Source of the DNA: Paraspadella gotoi
Lineage: Eukaryota; Animalia; Chaetognatha
Assembly (NCBI GenBank): GCA_051294375.1
Contig: JBJCIZ010001220.1
Location: forward strand, 1 to 40,849
Direction: 5' to 3'
DNA: 40,849 bases
A model generated the notes under the pieces. It saw nothing but the letters and a program-made list of their open reading frames with translations, ran no database searches and was not told where the DNA came from. This document shows positions 25,987 through 36,419 of this stretch, piece after piece. How positions within the stretch are numbered: position 1 is the first letter of the stretch; each line of letters starts with the position of its first letter. Made by a program: the position numbers and the translations under genes.

Positions 25987-26263
25987 TGAGGCGACTTACC
26001 TCCGGTCTCTTTCCCTAAACCCTTCCTCTCTCCTCTTTCTTCGAGCGGTCTAATTCCACACGGTCACTATTGCCCTAGCTTTGGCAATGACCTTAGATTG
26101 ACCGGACACAGTAATAGGGCCAAGGCGACCGTAAGGTCAAGTTGGTCACGGGCGATGATAAAGTGGATCAGGAGAGAGCTAGACTCACTTCTTTTCTACT
26201 TCTCTACATCGTCACAATTCTTCACCTTCTCACTTTTATTATTAACTATTTTCGTCTTCTACA
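25987..26263 (+). repeat. 3' LTR of the nested gypsy element
   Basis: TGAGGCGACTTACC...TCTACA; preceded by the polypurine tract GAGGGGGGGA; followed by TSD CCTG. Confidence 0.93.
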
Positions 26264-26267
26264 CCTG

Positions 26268-26352
26268 TAATGTTTTATGGGTTTAATAATAATTAATTTA
26301 GCTACAATTAAATTTTATGTGATTAGAGGTTAGAAATTCAAGGTCTCCTAGG
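26268..26352 (+). pseudogene. Host protease fragment between two insertions
   Basis: Reads LATIKFYVIRG..IQGLL. It joins across the CTAGG TSD to G-L-D-E-I at 27687, restoring an LLGLD motif (retropepsin ILGxD-type). Confidence 0.75.
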
Positions 26353-27681
26353 CACTATTCATCGAAATAATTTTTTTTTATCGGAATAAGGTTAGTTCAT
26401 CGTACAAAAATAATATATGCTTTTAATTAATTAGGGACTATCATCGAGAAACCTCTCAAGCAATATCAGTTGTCAAAAATCATTTCTTTAGGAGATATAA
26501 GCTATTTCTCTATTTCAGACTCACTTTGTCGACTATATTCCTGGAACTTTATGGATGAATTTACTTTTTTTTTTAAATCTTGTATAAAACAAATGGAATA
26601 ACCTAGCATGGATTAAATACAAAATTTGTTCTAAAAAATGTTTTACTGTATCTGAGTTTTTTGAAAACTAGCTTAATTTATATAGGGAATCATGGGGGAA
26701 TCACTACCATTCTAATTAAATATAATGATTAATATTAATAACGGACTTGATGTATTCGGGATTTCATCCCGCATCGATCCGCAAAATGAGTAATGCCAAA
26801 ATGATTTTCAAAATTAATTTTTTTTTCTAACACTTCGATAAGTAACTTAATTTTTTTAACTGCGATTTTGAAGTGGTTAAGAAACTAAATTGTCTTCATG
26901 GCTGGATGACTCAGAGTCGCATGGGATCGAAACAAAAATGAGGTATATTTGTTTAGGGTTTCGGTTAGGGATAAGGTTAGATTAGGGGATAGAGATTAGG
27001 GTTATGGATTAGTGTTAGAGATTAGGGTTAGGGATTAGGGTTAGGGATTAGTGTTGTTCTTTCCTACGCGTTATAGATCTCTCAGAAGGGTGAGCAACTG
27101 ACGGAAAACCCCGCTCATCACTACTTTTACAATAAAAAAATGTTGGTTGTGGGTGTGTCTCATCGGTCGGGATGAAGATCGACAGAAACAACGACGATAA
27201 TTTGAAATTTTGAACGATGGAGGAAACACAGTTGTAAAAATATTGTTAGAAATTTGACATCAAATGTTTTCTTTAAAAGAAGGAAAATGCTAAAAAAAAA
27301 CCATAATTTGTAAACTTCAAATTAATAATTTTACTCAATATCTATTTTGAACTTCCATCTTTAATCAAAAATTAGTAGTTAAAAACACGTTAGTACTATT
27401 AACTTCCTCGCTTAACTTGTTGAATCAAATTGCTCTTTAAACTTTTGTTTAAGCGTATTTGAGAGGCAAAAAATTTAAAAAAAGCTAAAAAAAATGCGCG
27501 TAGCGTTCGGGTTATCTTTAGGAATCGTAAAAAAATCAAATTTTACATTTTGGTCCTTTTTTGGAAATATTAAGATTTTACGAGAAGAACCTCTAAAGTT
27601 TTCAAGAATTACTCTGGTTAAGCTATCCGAATATGCCATTATATAATTTTTCCGATTTTAACGTTCACTTCGATCATAGTG
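26353..27681 (-). mobile_element. Non-autonomous Transib-like DNA transposon, copy B
   Basis: CACTAT...ATAGTG termini, 5-bp TSD CTAGG (26348-26352 and 27682-27686), reverse-complement match to 14343-15518, internal degenerate TTAGGG tract. The superfamily is inferred from CAC ends plus a 5-bp TSD. Confidence 0.85.
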
Positions 27682-27686
27682 CTAGG

Positions 27687-28108
27687 GTTAGATGAAATTT
27701 GTCGTCATTCTTTTAATGTTAATTTGGCAGATGGCACTTGTTTTCAGCCAAAGGCGGGTCAACATGCATATAAATTTTGTTTATAAAAACCAACGGGAAA
27801 TTAGAAAAGTTACGATTGCAGAGGACATAGTTTTGCCTCCACAATCTGCTTGTGACATAAGGGTTGAGATTGACGGTGTGAAAGATGAGGGAGGTGAAGG
27901 AATTATTCAACCTTTTAAGGATATTTGGAAATATGGTATAAATGCAGGGAGAGTTTTAACATTAGCTAAACCTACAGTTATAACTAAAGTAATTAATCAA
28001 GGGACTCGTAGGTTAGCCTTGGTAAAAGGGGAAGATTTTGGTTCATTTACGTTTTCGCGCCCATTACCAATTTTAATTAATACTGTAAGCGAGGGAGAGG
28101 AAGAGTAT
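27687..28108 (+). pseudogene. Host pol protease end and PR-RT linker (possibly a degenerate dUTPase-like beta domain)
   Basis: IAEDIVLPPQS...VINQGTRRLALVKGEDFGSF resembles the linker seen in many gypsy pols. It continues across the AAGAGTAT TSD toward the RT ORF with a 1-nt offset. Confidence 0.65.
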
Positions 28109-30423
28109 TACACTGTTTTTTTTTAACCATGTAGTCGAAAATTTTCACAATCCTGTACAGTTTCTAGTATAATTTTAAGTGCTTAAAACGATTAACAAGG
28201 TGTCGTCAATCAGATTTTGCATTAGACCTACGCACAATTTACCGGAAGTTGGCGTGGACTACAATATGGAATTTTTCTTTTATCTACAAATGAAAAGTTA
28301 GGCAGTTGTTTACAATCCTGCAATGAGTATAATTATTTAATAAGTAGTACTTAGACAAAAATGTTCAAAAAATAGTTTTCATCAATAGTGGGCGTGTCCC
28401 AAACCGGAAATAGTGCTCGATAATCAATTAAATATGTATTATTAAAAGTTTTTGATCTATTCTGACTGCTAATGGTTTTTTACTGTTATATGACAGCTTT
28501 ATCACAAAGGATTATCATCATATAATAAAAAAATCCTATCATATTTTCAATTATTTCTCTACTTAAAAAGATTCGTTTTTTAATAGCCAAAGGACTTATA
28601 ACTTTAACTTGAAATATTCAAAATTTCATTTCGATTTCATTCAATTAATGAGACTTTGCTAATTTTAACAATTCCTGGTTTATTTTTTAATACCTTTACT
28701 AATTTAATTTTTTTCATCAGTAATTTTTTTACTGGCATACCATTTTTTTGCTCAAAAACTATGGCCGGAAGTTAGACCCTTTTTTCATAAAGTTTATGTA
28801 AATCTTTAGAGGGAATACCCTATTTTTAAGTTTTTCCAGGTGAAGGAGAAGAGAAACAATATCCATGCATCAAAAAGTTAATCAGATTTATAATTTTCTT
28901 TTCTTTTCCTTAAAAAAAACCTTTAATCCAGCAATAAAATTATCATTTATACCATTATGTGAAATCCTTTCTTTCCTCACGTTTTTGAATAGAAAGAGTT
29001 TGAAGTAGTTCAAGCAACAATTTTTCTTTAAACAGTGAAAATGTGTTTTTTTCAATATCTACCTCTCTCTCTCTGGCCTAAACCTAACCTGTCTTCACCT
29101 CGACCTCTATCCTTTTCTCAAATCTTTGTTGAAAATGTTTTCTCTATCTCTTTCTCTCTCTGTCTCTTCCCTTGCTCTCACCTAATTCTCACTCTTCTTC
29201 CTTTCTCTCCTCACTCTCCCAAATATTTCTTGTGAAGTAAAAAACTGTTAACAATTCATAAATGTGGATGAAGACTTGAATTAAAAGTTAAAACATGTTC
29301 ACTGTTTAAAATCTGATACAAATATAAGATCAGTTTTAATAAGCTGTATAAACTTTATTAATTAGTTTTTTTCTATTTAGTTTCATTTAACTTTAGTCCC
29401 AAGGGTTTTAGAAGTAAGACGACTCTTATTCAAACCTGGAGTTATTATATCAAGTTTCATTATGATAAATAATACAGCAATATAAAATTATTAAATATTT
29501 TATTGTTTTGACAAGAAATAACAAATATTTAGTATTAAGCAATTCATAGTAGAATTTACAAGTTCATTTTTATTACTTTCATGCTAATATTTTGATCCTA
29601 TGAACAAATCATTTTTAAAGGCAGTTCTTTTGTATTTTGCTTCTCTCTCTTTCTTTCTCTCTCTCTCTACCTGACTTTTTCTGGGACAATTTACTTTTAC
29701 TCTGGACTGCCTTTAAAAATGATTAGTTCCTAAGAATCAAAATGTTGGCAAAAAAGTGAGAAAATTATACTTATAAATCCCACCACGAATTGCTTAATCT
29801 AAATATTTTTTTATTCCTTGTCAAAAAAAAAGTTTATATGCTTAATACTAAATCATTATCTCCTGTGCATATGATGTCTCTTCAACATCGAATAATGAAA
29901 TAATATTAATTCTGAATTTTAACAGTTACTAAGAAACGAAACTTTTGTAACTAATATTTATTTTGTCTATTTAAAGCTATGATAGTTTTTTATGATATAT
30001 ATGATAATTCTTTGTGATACAACTATCATATGACAAATAAAAACCATTATATTTATAGTAGATCAAAACTATTAATATTGCGTATTTTATCAGTTTTTGA
30101 ACGTCATTTCCGGTTTTGGACACGCCCACTATTCGTAAGAACCTTTTTTTAAAAACATTTATAAAGTAAAACTTATCAAATAATGAGAGTAACTTAAAAT
30201 TTAGGCAATTATTATTTTTATAAAACTATTTTCTTATCTTGCAATTAAAGAAAAGAGAAAAATTCCATGTTGTAGTCAACATCAACTTCCGGTCAATTGT
30301 GCGTAGGTCAACGCAAAATCTGATTGAGGACACCTTGTTAATCGTTCTAAGCACTTAAAATTATACTAGAAACTGTACAGGATGTAAAAATTTTCGACTG
30401 CATGGTTAAAAAAAAACAGTGTA
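28109..30423. mobile_element. Non-autonomous long-TIR DNA transposon (MULE/foldback-like, superfamily uncertain)
   Basis: TACACTG...CAGTGTA ends. TIRs are near-identical for about 170 bp and recognisable to about 430 bp. 8-bp TSD AAGAGTAT (28101-28108 and 30424-30431). No transposase ORF. Confidence 0.88.
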
Positions 30424-30460
30424 AAGAGTATGCAGACTGTCTTGGGTAAGCGAGGAATGT

Positions 30461-32212
30461 GTGGAAGATACAATGGTTTATGAGGATTTTGAGAGTAAGA
30501 AGCTTGAAGAGATCTCTTTTGGGCTAGAAAAGTCAATATTAAATGACGAGCAAAAAGAACAAGTTAGGGATGAATTAATGAAGCATAAAGAAGTTTTTCA
30601 GTGGGAAGATCGCCCTGTCAGTAAGACAACTAAAACAAAGCATAAGATAGTGCTTAAGCCAGGTACAAACCCTGTTAAGCAGAAAAATCGTAAGTTTAGT
30701 GAAGAACAAAACGCGTTTATAGATAAGGAGGTTCAGAAATTAATTGCACAGGACATTGTACAACCCTCAATTAGCAATTGGAATTCGAGAATTGTATTAT
30801 CATGGGAAGAAAGAAAAAATAGATGGCGTTTATGCATAGATTATCGTGCAGTTAATTCTCTTTGTGTTGCCCCTTTAGCCCATCCGCTGCCTAACATAAA
30901 ACAGCTATTAGATCAGTTTAGGGGGCAGAAATGGTTCCATACACTTGATTTATTTCAGGGATATCACCAGTGTCCGTTAGAAGAGGAATCAAGGCCAATC
31001 ACAGCCTTTTCTACTAAGAAAGGGTTGTTCGAGTTTAAGAGGTTGCCCTTTGGCTTGAACTCTGGCCCAACAAGTTATCAGGCATTAATGGAAGAAATAT
31101 TAGAGGAAATGTGCTGGAAGGAGGCAGTTGTTTATATTGATGACGTAATAATTTTTGGTAAAACGCTGGAGGAGGCTAATGATAGGCTATTTAGAGTTCT
31201 AAAGAAATTAAAGGAAGGGGGAATGAAGCTAAGAGCGGTGAAATGTCGACTTTTTCAATCCTCTGTCGAATTTTTGGGTTTTGTCATCTCTGACAAAGGG
31301 ATTAATACATGTAAGCATATTGTTGATGCGGTCACTAATTTTCCAATACCAAAGAATGTGAAAGGAGTACAAAGGTTTTTAGGGATCTGTAATTATTACC
31401 GTACTTTTATTAAGTCTCATAGTCAAATATTAGCCCCTATAATTAATTTGACGAGAAAAGGTGTTCCATTTAAATGGACAGAAGAGTGTCAGCAAGCCAT
31501 GGATACGTTAAAACAAAAACTTATCAGTGCTCCAATAAGAAATTATTATGATCCTAAACTCCCTATAGTTCTAACCACAGACGCGTCAGGGAGAGGGATC
31601 GGTGCGACTCTATCTCAGCTTGATAGAGAGGGTAAACTGGTTTTGTTAGCTTATGGGTCCCGCACCCTGAAAGCAGCGGAGGTCTCATGGAGCACTACTG
31701 AAAAAGAGTGTTTCGCGATTGCCCATTGGGTCAAAAAATTTCGGCATTATCTGACGGCTCCTTTCATAGTTTTTTCTGATCATAGTAGTTTGAGATATGT
31801 CTCAACGATGAGAGATTCGTCTCAAAAAATTTGTAGATGGTTGAATTTTTTGTCGCAATTTAATTTCGAGGTCCACCACAAGCCAGGAAATAGTAAGGAG
31901 TTGGTTGTTGCAGATATTTTGAGTCGTGTGCCATATGATAAAGAGGATAGTGAAGAGGATAAAATGGCGGTTAAAATGCAAAAGCCCATTCTAAGGCTTT
32001 ACTCCGCTTATGGTAGTCCAATATTAACGTCATGGTTTAAAATAGAAAAACCAACTAAAGATGATTTTGATGAGAACCAAGAATTAGTCGTCAACAACGA
32101 GATTGTTGAAGTAAAGATAGGTGAAGGTAAAGAAATACAATTAAGACGGTCACTTAAGAAAATGCAGAAGGAGACAGAAAAGGAGGAAAAAATTAATTGT
32201 GCATTTGGTTAA
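30461..32212 (+). CDS. pol: Reverse transcriptase plus RNase H of the giant gypsy element (no integrase in frame)
   Basis: WRLCIDYRAVN, TLDLFQGYHQ, LPFGL, VYIDD (RT); TTDASGRGIGA, EKECFA, FSDH, ADILSR (RH). 583 aa without interruption. Confidence 0.96.
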   Translation: MEDTMVYEDFESKKLEEISFGLEKSILNDEQKEQVRDELMKHKEVFQWEDRPVSKTTKTKHKIVLKPGTNPVKQKNRKFSEEQNAFIDKEVQKLIAQDIVQPSISNWNSRIVLSWEERKNRWRLCIDYRAVNSLCVAPLAHPLPNIKQLLDQFRGQKWFHTLDLFQGYHQCPLEEESRPITAFSTKKGLFEFKRLPFGLNSGPTSYQALMEEILEEMCWKEAVVYIDDVIIFGKTLEEANDRLFRVLKKLKEGGMKLRAVKCRLFQSSVEFLGFVISDKGINTCKHIVDAVTNFPIPKNVKGVQRFLGICNYYRTFIKSHSQILAPIINLTRKGVPFKWTEECQQAMDTLKQKLISAPIRNYYDPKLPIVLTTDASGRGIGATLSQLDREGKLVLLAYGSRTLKAAEVSWSTTEKECFAIAHWVKKFRHYLTAPFIVFSDHSSLRYVSTMRDSSQKICRWLNFLSQFNFEVHHKPGNSKELVVADILSRVPYDKEDSEEDKMAVKMQKPILRLYSAYGSPILTSWFKIEKPTKDDFDENQELVVNNEIVEVKIGEGKEIQLRRSLKKMQKETEKEEKINCAFG

Positions 32213-32972
32213 TTTTGTATGGAAAAGAGTGCAGGAAGGGGAAGGGGAAAGCTTCCGGATCCTGGCACTAAATGAGGTAGAGGAATTACAATAAGAAGTT
32301 GAGGGGAGGTTGGAGCAGTAACTGTGAGGCGTGGGAAAAGGAGGAAACAGGCGATGAGCCACTTGTTATGTTTTTCTTATTTTGAAATGGAACACTCAAG
32401 TGAGAGTGACTTGGGAGTGAAAGACGGGGGTGATGAGGTGACAAGGTGTCATGCGCAGTATTAAGTCGCAATGTTTAAAAAATTCCCATTGGGTGTGAGT
32501 TAGGGAACCGCGGTAATAAAACCGGCTTTCCTAACTGTTAAAAGTCCTTGTGAACCTCGGGAAAATTCCTAGCCGTCTGTAGAGAGGTAAGACGATGTGG
32601 GGATTGAGTGTGAAAAAGTAGGAAGGCGAAAAATCGATGGCAGGAGACTTATTCTATAGTTTTTCCTTACTCATAATACCACGTTGCTGTTGCCACCACT
32701 CCCTGAATATTTACTACGTAAAGGAGTTAAAAATATTAGTTAAAAATGAAGTCGTTTAAACTTTTAAGTATTGTTGAAATTTTTTTTTAACACTAAAAAA
32801 ATTTTTTTTTACCTCAATTTTCCTCCATTTTCCTGTACTAACGAGACTCATAATAACAATAATGAAATAGTACGTTAAGTAATATCGAAAAAAATATATA
32901 TATATACGTTTTTCAATTTAGTACTGAATGGGTTAACGAAATCTATGTAAATGGTTTCTCAATTTAGGAACG

Positions 32973-33752
32973 ATGTCGCTGCACCGATTGCCAGCTGGGG
33001 TGAAGCGAGAAATCATGACGTATTTACCAGTACGGGACAAGATCGCGGCGGCTGAAGCCTCGCCGGTCTTCGACGGAGTCCTTGACCTACAAGTGGAAAC
33101 GTGTACAACTTTCAACATCCACCAAAAGAAATCACTAGTGCTGGCATTGTGCGAGACAGACGATGTGGAAACGATGAAAAACGCCTTCGAGGTCACGGCT
33201 TACCAATTCATCCACGTCATCATTGCACGAAGTCTTATCGAAACGAATGATCCAGAAGAAACGGCGCAGCTGGAACGGTGGCTAAGACTAAGTACTAATA
33301 ACGGACAATATCAATTCACCTCAATTGAACTAACGGGAAAAGCAGGGTCTTGTGGATGTGTTTTCGCGGAAATTTTGAAATTTGGAAGAGGTATTACTTT
33401 TTCTGATACACAAGAGTTTCATTTGTTGAATTTAGTAGTAGAAAATATAGATCCTGTTAATGAGGGTAAATTTTTTATTTATAATGGGAAGGCAAGTTTG
33501 AACCAGATTGCACGTATCGCCAATGGGTTAAAATATGGCATCCGATTTCACGCGAGGAGCGATAAAGCATTTATTGATCAAGGGGCCACCGAGTTGCCTG
33601 GTAGAATTGATAATCTTAGTTGGTTTTCACGTGGTGAAATGTGTCGATACCTACCGTCTTGTTTTTTTGGAATTCGTGCTAACATGGTATTACTCGAATG
33701 GTACAAAACACCGCTTAAATTATTGAATGCCCAGGCAGTTTTATTTCGATAA
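32973..33752 (+). CDS. F-box-like protein, 259 aa
   Basis: The N-terminus SLHRLPAGVKREIMTYLPVRDKIAAAEASPVF fits the F-box pattern (L..LP.....I..YL...D). The remainder is unrecognised. Confidence 0.7.
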   Translation: MSLHRLPAGVKREIMTYLPVRDKIAAAEASPVFDGVLDLQVETCTTFNIHQKKSLVLALCETDDVETMKNAFEVTAYQFIHVIIARSLIETNDPEETAQLERWLRLSTNNGQYQFTSIELTGKAGSCGCVFAEILKFGRGITFSDTQEFHLLNLVVENIDPVNEGKFFIYNGKASLNQIARIANGLKYGIRFHARSDKAFIDQGATELPGRIDNLSWFSRGEMCRYLPSCFFGIRANMVLLEWYKTPLKLLNAQAVLFR

Positions 33753-34032
33753 TTTGTATTGGAGTTCAATCCCTGGTGCCGAAATTTTTTTTTTGATTCA
33801 TACTTTTGCTAATTGTGTTTATAATTTAATTTTGGCTTCATTAGCGTAGCGAGTGCCATTAATAGTGAAATTATTAACAAACTTATTCTTAATTCGAATT
33901 TTGATGATTGAATTGTTTTTCCTGGAAAAGTCGCTTAATCAACTCCGACTGTTACATTGTCGACAATGAATTGTATTTGTCTTAATTCATTGAAACTTAC
34001 AGAATTAATTCCTGAATCATAAGCAGACCGAG

Positions 34033-34987
34033 ATGAATCCTTACGAGAATCCAGCTCAGCAGCCTCAGTGCACGATCTCGGGGTTTACGTACCCCACGGA
34101 CCCTCAAGTGCAAAACCAAATCATGTTACCTGAGGTGAGAAAGGATATAATTGTAATGAAAATATATAACACGTACTAAAAATGTAACAAAATGGCGTCA
34201 TAAACTATGAATAAATAAATGAGAAATAAATAAATAAATGGGAAAGTAATAAATTATAAATTAAAGAGGACCCAAATAAAATGGGCTTAAATATTAATAA
34301 ACAAACATGTCCCTCTCTCAGGACTGGATAGTTTTACAGCACGCACAAGAGATGGCGGCAGTGGCGGCTGCGTCGTCTAACCCGGGTACATCAACGCCGA
34401 TAGACCCACGACTGGTGAAACAAAGAGTCGGTCAAGCTGTCTTCCCGACCGGGGATCCATTTGCGATGCAGGAACCTGCTGCGGAAGTCGAAGTTCAGAC
34501 TAATATAGCAATGGGGCTTGAAGCGCGCCCTAAAGAATCGCCACGCGATTACGATCTCAGCGACATCAAAGACACGGATATGCCCGCGGAAATAAGGATA
34601 CTGGATAAAGAAAATTACCCTCAAAGGTATTCGGCCACAGCGCGGGTCGGCAGAGATCAAAGCCTTTCCGAAGGTGCAAAACGTAGAATTGAATGCAACG
34701 AGTGCCACGCTACGTTTGAGACTTACCAGCAAAGGAACGGACACAAAAAGTCACACGTGTATAAGTGCGAGCTCTGTGGGACGACGGTGAAGGGAAAAAT
34801 TTTGCTCGATGCGCACCTTGATCTTTCCCACAAAAATCTGTATCGCTGCCTGGAATGCCACGAGCAATTTGAAGAAAGAGGGGAAATTATTCAGCACATT
34901 CTTTTGCACGAGGGCTTTGAGAAGATTGCTCGGGAAATAACCTCGATGATCAAACTGGAGACCCAGGGACTCATGCGTAGCGAGTAA
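34033..34987 (+). CDS. 3xC2H2 zinc-finger protein 1, probably two exons (34033-34134 and 34322 or 34340-34987)
   Basis: CNEC..H..H, CELC..H..H and CLEC..H..H fingers. An upstream 34-codon ATG exon ends GAG|GTGAGA, followed by an AT-rich intron and in-frame CAG acceptors. Confidence 0.8.
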
Positions 34988-35380
34988 CCAACGTTTTATT
35001 ATTATGTTTTCTGTTTCAAAGACACTCAATTGGTTTCCTTAAATGATTCTGTATTATTACAAATTACGAATAAGTAATACGTTTTGGTTCTTGTGATTAA
35101 TTCTGACACTGATTATATTTGTTTGTCATAACCTTGCTTGCCAACGTACGGTCAATACTGAGTTCTAAAGTAACGTTTCTGTTATTATGATCTTTTTTAT
35201 ACATTCTCTATTAGCCGAAAGGCTGTCACCAACCCAAAATAATTTGGGATTTTATTTTGAATGATACGTTATGAAAAACCTTTTTATTTCTTGAAGCTGC
35301 TAAAAACTTCATTGTTTTATGGCATGGTACATCTTATTTCTTAATTCCATGATTCACTTTAAAAAACATTTCAGATTCTA

Positions 35381-36034
35381 GTGCATTTAAAAATAATTAT
35401 AATCGAAAGAGACTCGACCCTCAAGATGGATATGCCCAACGGTCAAATCATGCTTATTAATCCCAAGACGGGGAAACCGACAACGTCGTCAGATCTTCAG
35501 ATGGTCAGCATGGGAAATCACACCATGAATATGGGTTACGATAGCAGCTCCATTGTGGGTGGCGCCAATATCCCGGGAGGCCAGGCCAACGGTGACACAG
35601 CGCCTTACGACAACAGATCCCCATTGTACGGGCTGAGGGGATCGACGAGGGGAAGAGGCCTTGAATCCTCACTAAGCGATGATCAAGATTGGCAACCACC
35701 AGGTCGGGAACAAGATCAAGGCGGAAGACGGCCACAAAAACTTTTTGAATGCATGAGTTGCAACAAATACTTTCGCTCGGCGCGCAGTAGAAACGCGCAT
35801 ATGAGAAAACGTCATTTTGAATGTGGCTTGTGTCACAAAGCATTTCCTAATCGTATTTATTTTGATTTACATATCGAAAGCAGGCACGCAACCTCACATC
35901 AATGTATCATTTGTAATAAATTTATCAGGGATAAAGGTAATATTATTATGCACGTTATGATGCATAAGGAATTAAAAGGGCCTGCAGAGAAAATCCTTTC
36001 TTATATTGCTACTGACAGTGACGAGAATGAGTAG
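35381..36034 (+). CDS. 3xC2H2 zinc-finger protein 2 (first in-frame ATG at 35426)
   Basis: CMSC..HMRKRH, CGLC..HIESRH and CIIC..HVMMH fingers after a low-complexity N-terminus. Confidence 0.85.
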   Translation: MHLKIIIIERDSTLKMDMPNGQIMLINPKTGKPTTSSDLQMVSMGNHTMNMGYDSSSIVGGANIPGGQANGDTAPYDNRSPLYGLRGSTRGRGLESSLSDDQDWQPPGREQDQGGRRPQKLFECMSCNKYFRSARSRNAHMRKRHFECGLCHKAFPNRIYFDLHIESRHATSHQCIICNKFIRDKGNIIMHVMMHKELKGPAEKILSYIATDSDENE

Positions 36035-36419
36035 ATTAAAATTTCCTTTCTCTTTACGATTCGGAAAGATTAAACAGGAGGTTGGTTTGGCGTAGTGATA
36101 TAAAGCTCAATTGGTTTTTAGTGTATGAAGTAACCGTAATGCTAAATTGTTCTTTGCTTGATTAGTATTAAACGTGATTTCAAGAATCGTTGCAAATATT
36201 ATATTTTCATGACTTTATATTTCAATGTATTTTCATTTTGTCATCTTCTTAATTAAATACTCGTGTGGTGTTCGTGTGATATAATTGATACAAACAATAA
36301 ATTTCTCTTCTTGTTCAATGTTCATTATCAGAAATAAACACTCGTAATAGTGGTATCATATCGTTGTCCTTCTGTATTGAAAAACATTAAGTACTAAGTG
36401 AGATCAACGTATATTAAAA

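Larger units (their letters stand above)
21335..26263 (+). mobile_element. Nested Ty3/gypsy LTR retrotransposon, degenerate, gag mostly deleted
   Basis: Direct LTRs of about 278 bp with TG...CA ends, 4-bp TSD CCTG (21331-21334 and 26264-26267), PBS-like TGG at 21615, PPT at 25977-25986, and internal PR/RT/RH/IN fragments. Confidence 0.95.

Noticed and set aside
26328-27692. GGTTAGA on both sides of the second insertion as a possible TSD
   Set aside because: The CACTA termini and comparison with copy A place the ends at 26353 and 27681, with TSD CTAGG.
27692-27760. Signal-peptide-like start (MKFVVILLML...) suggesting env or a secreted protein
   Set aside because: It is an off-frame reading of the protease end (GLDEICRH...); the downstream part is the pol linker.
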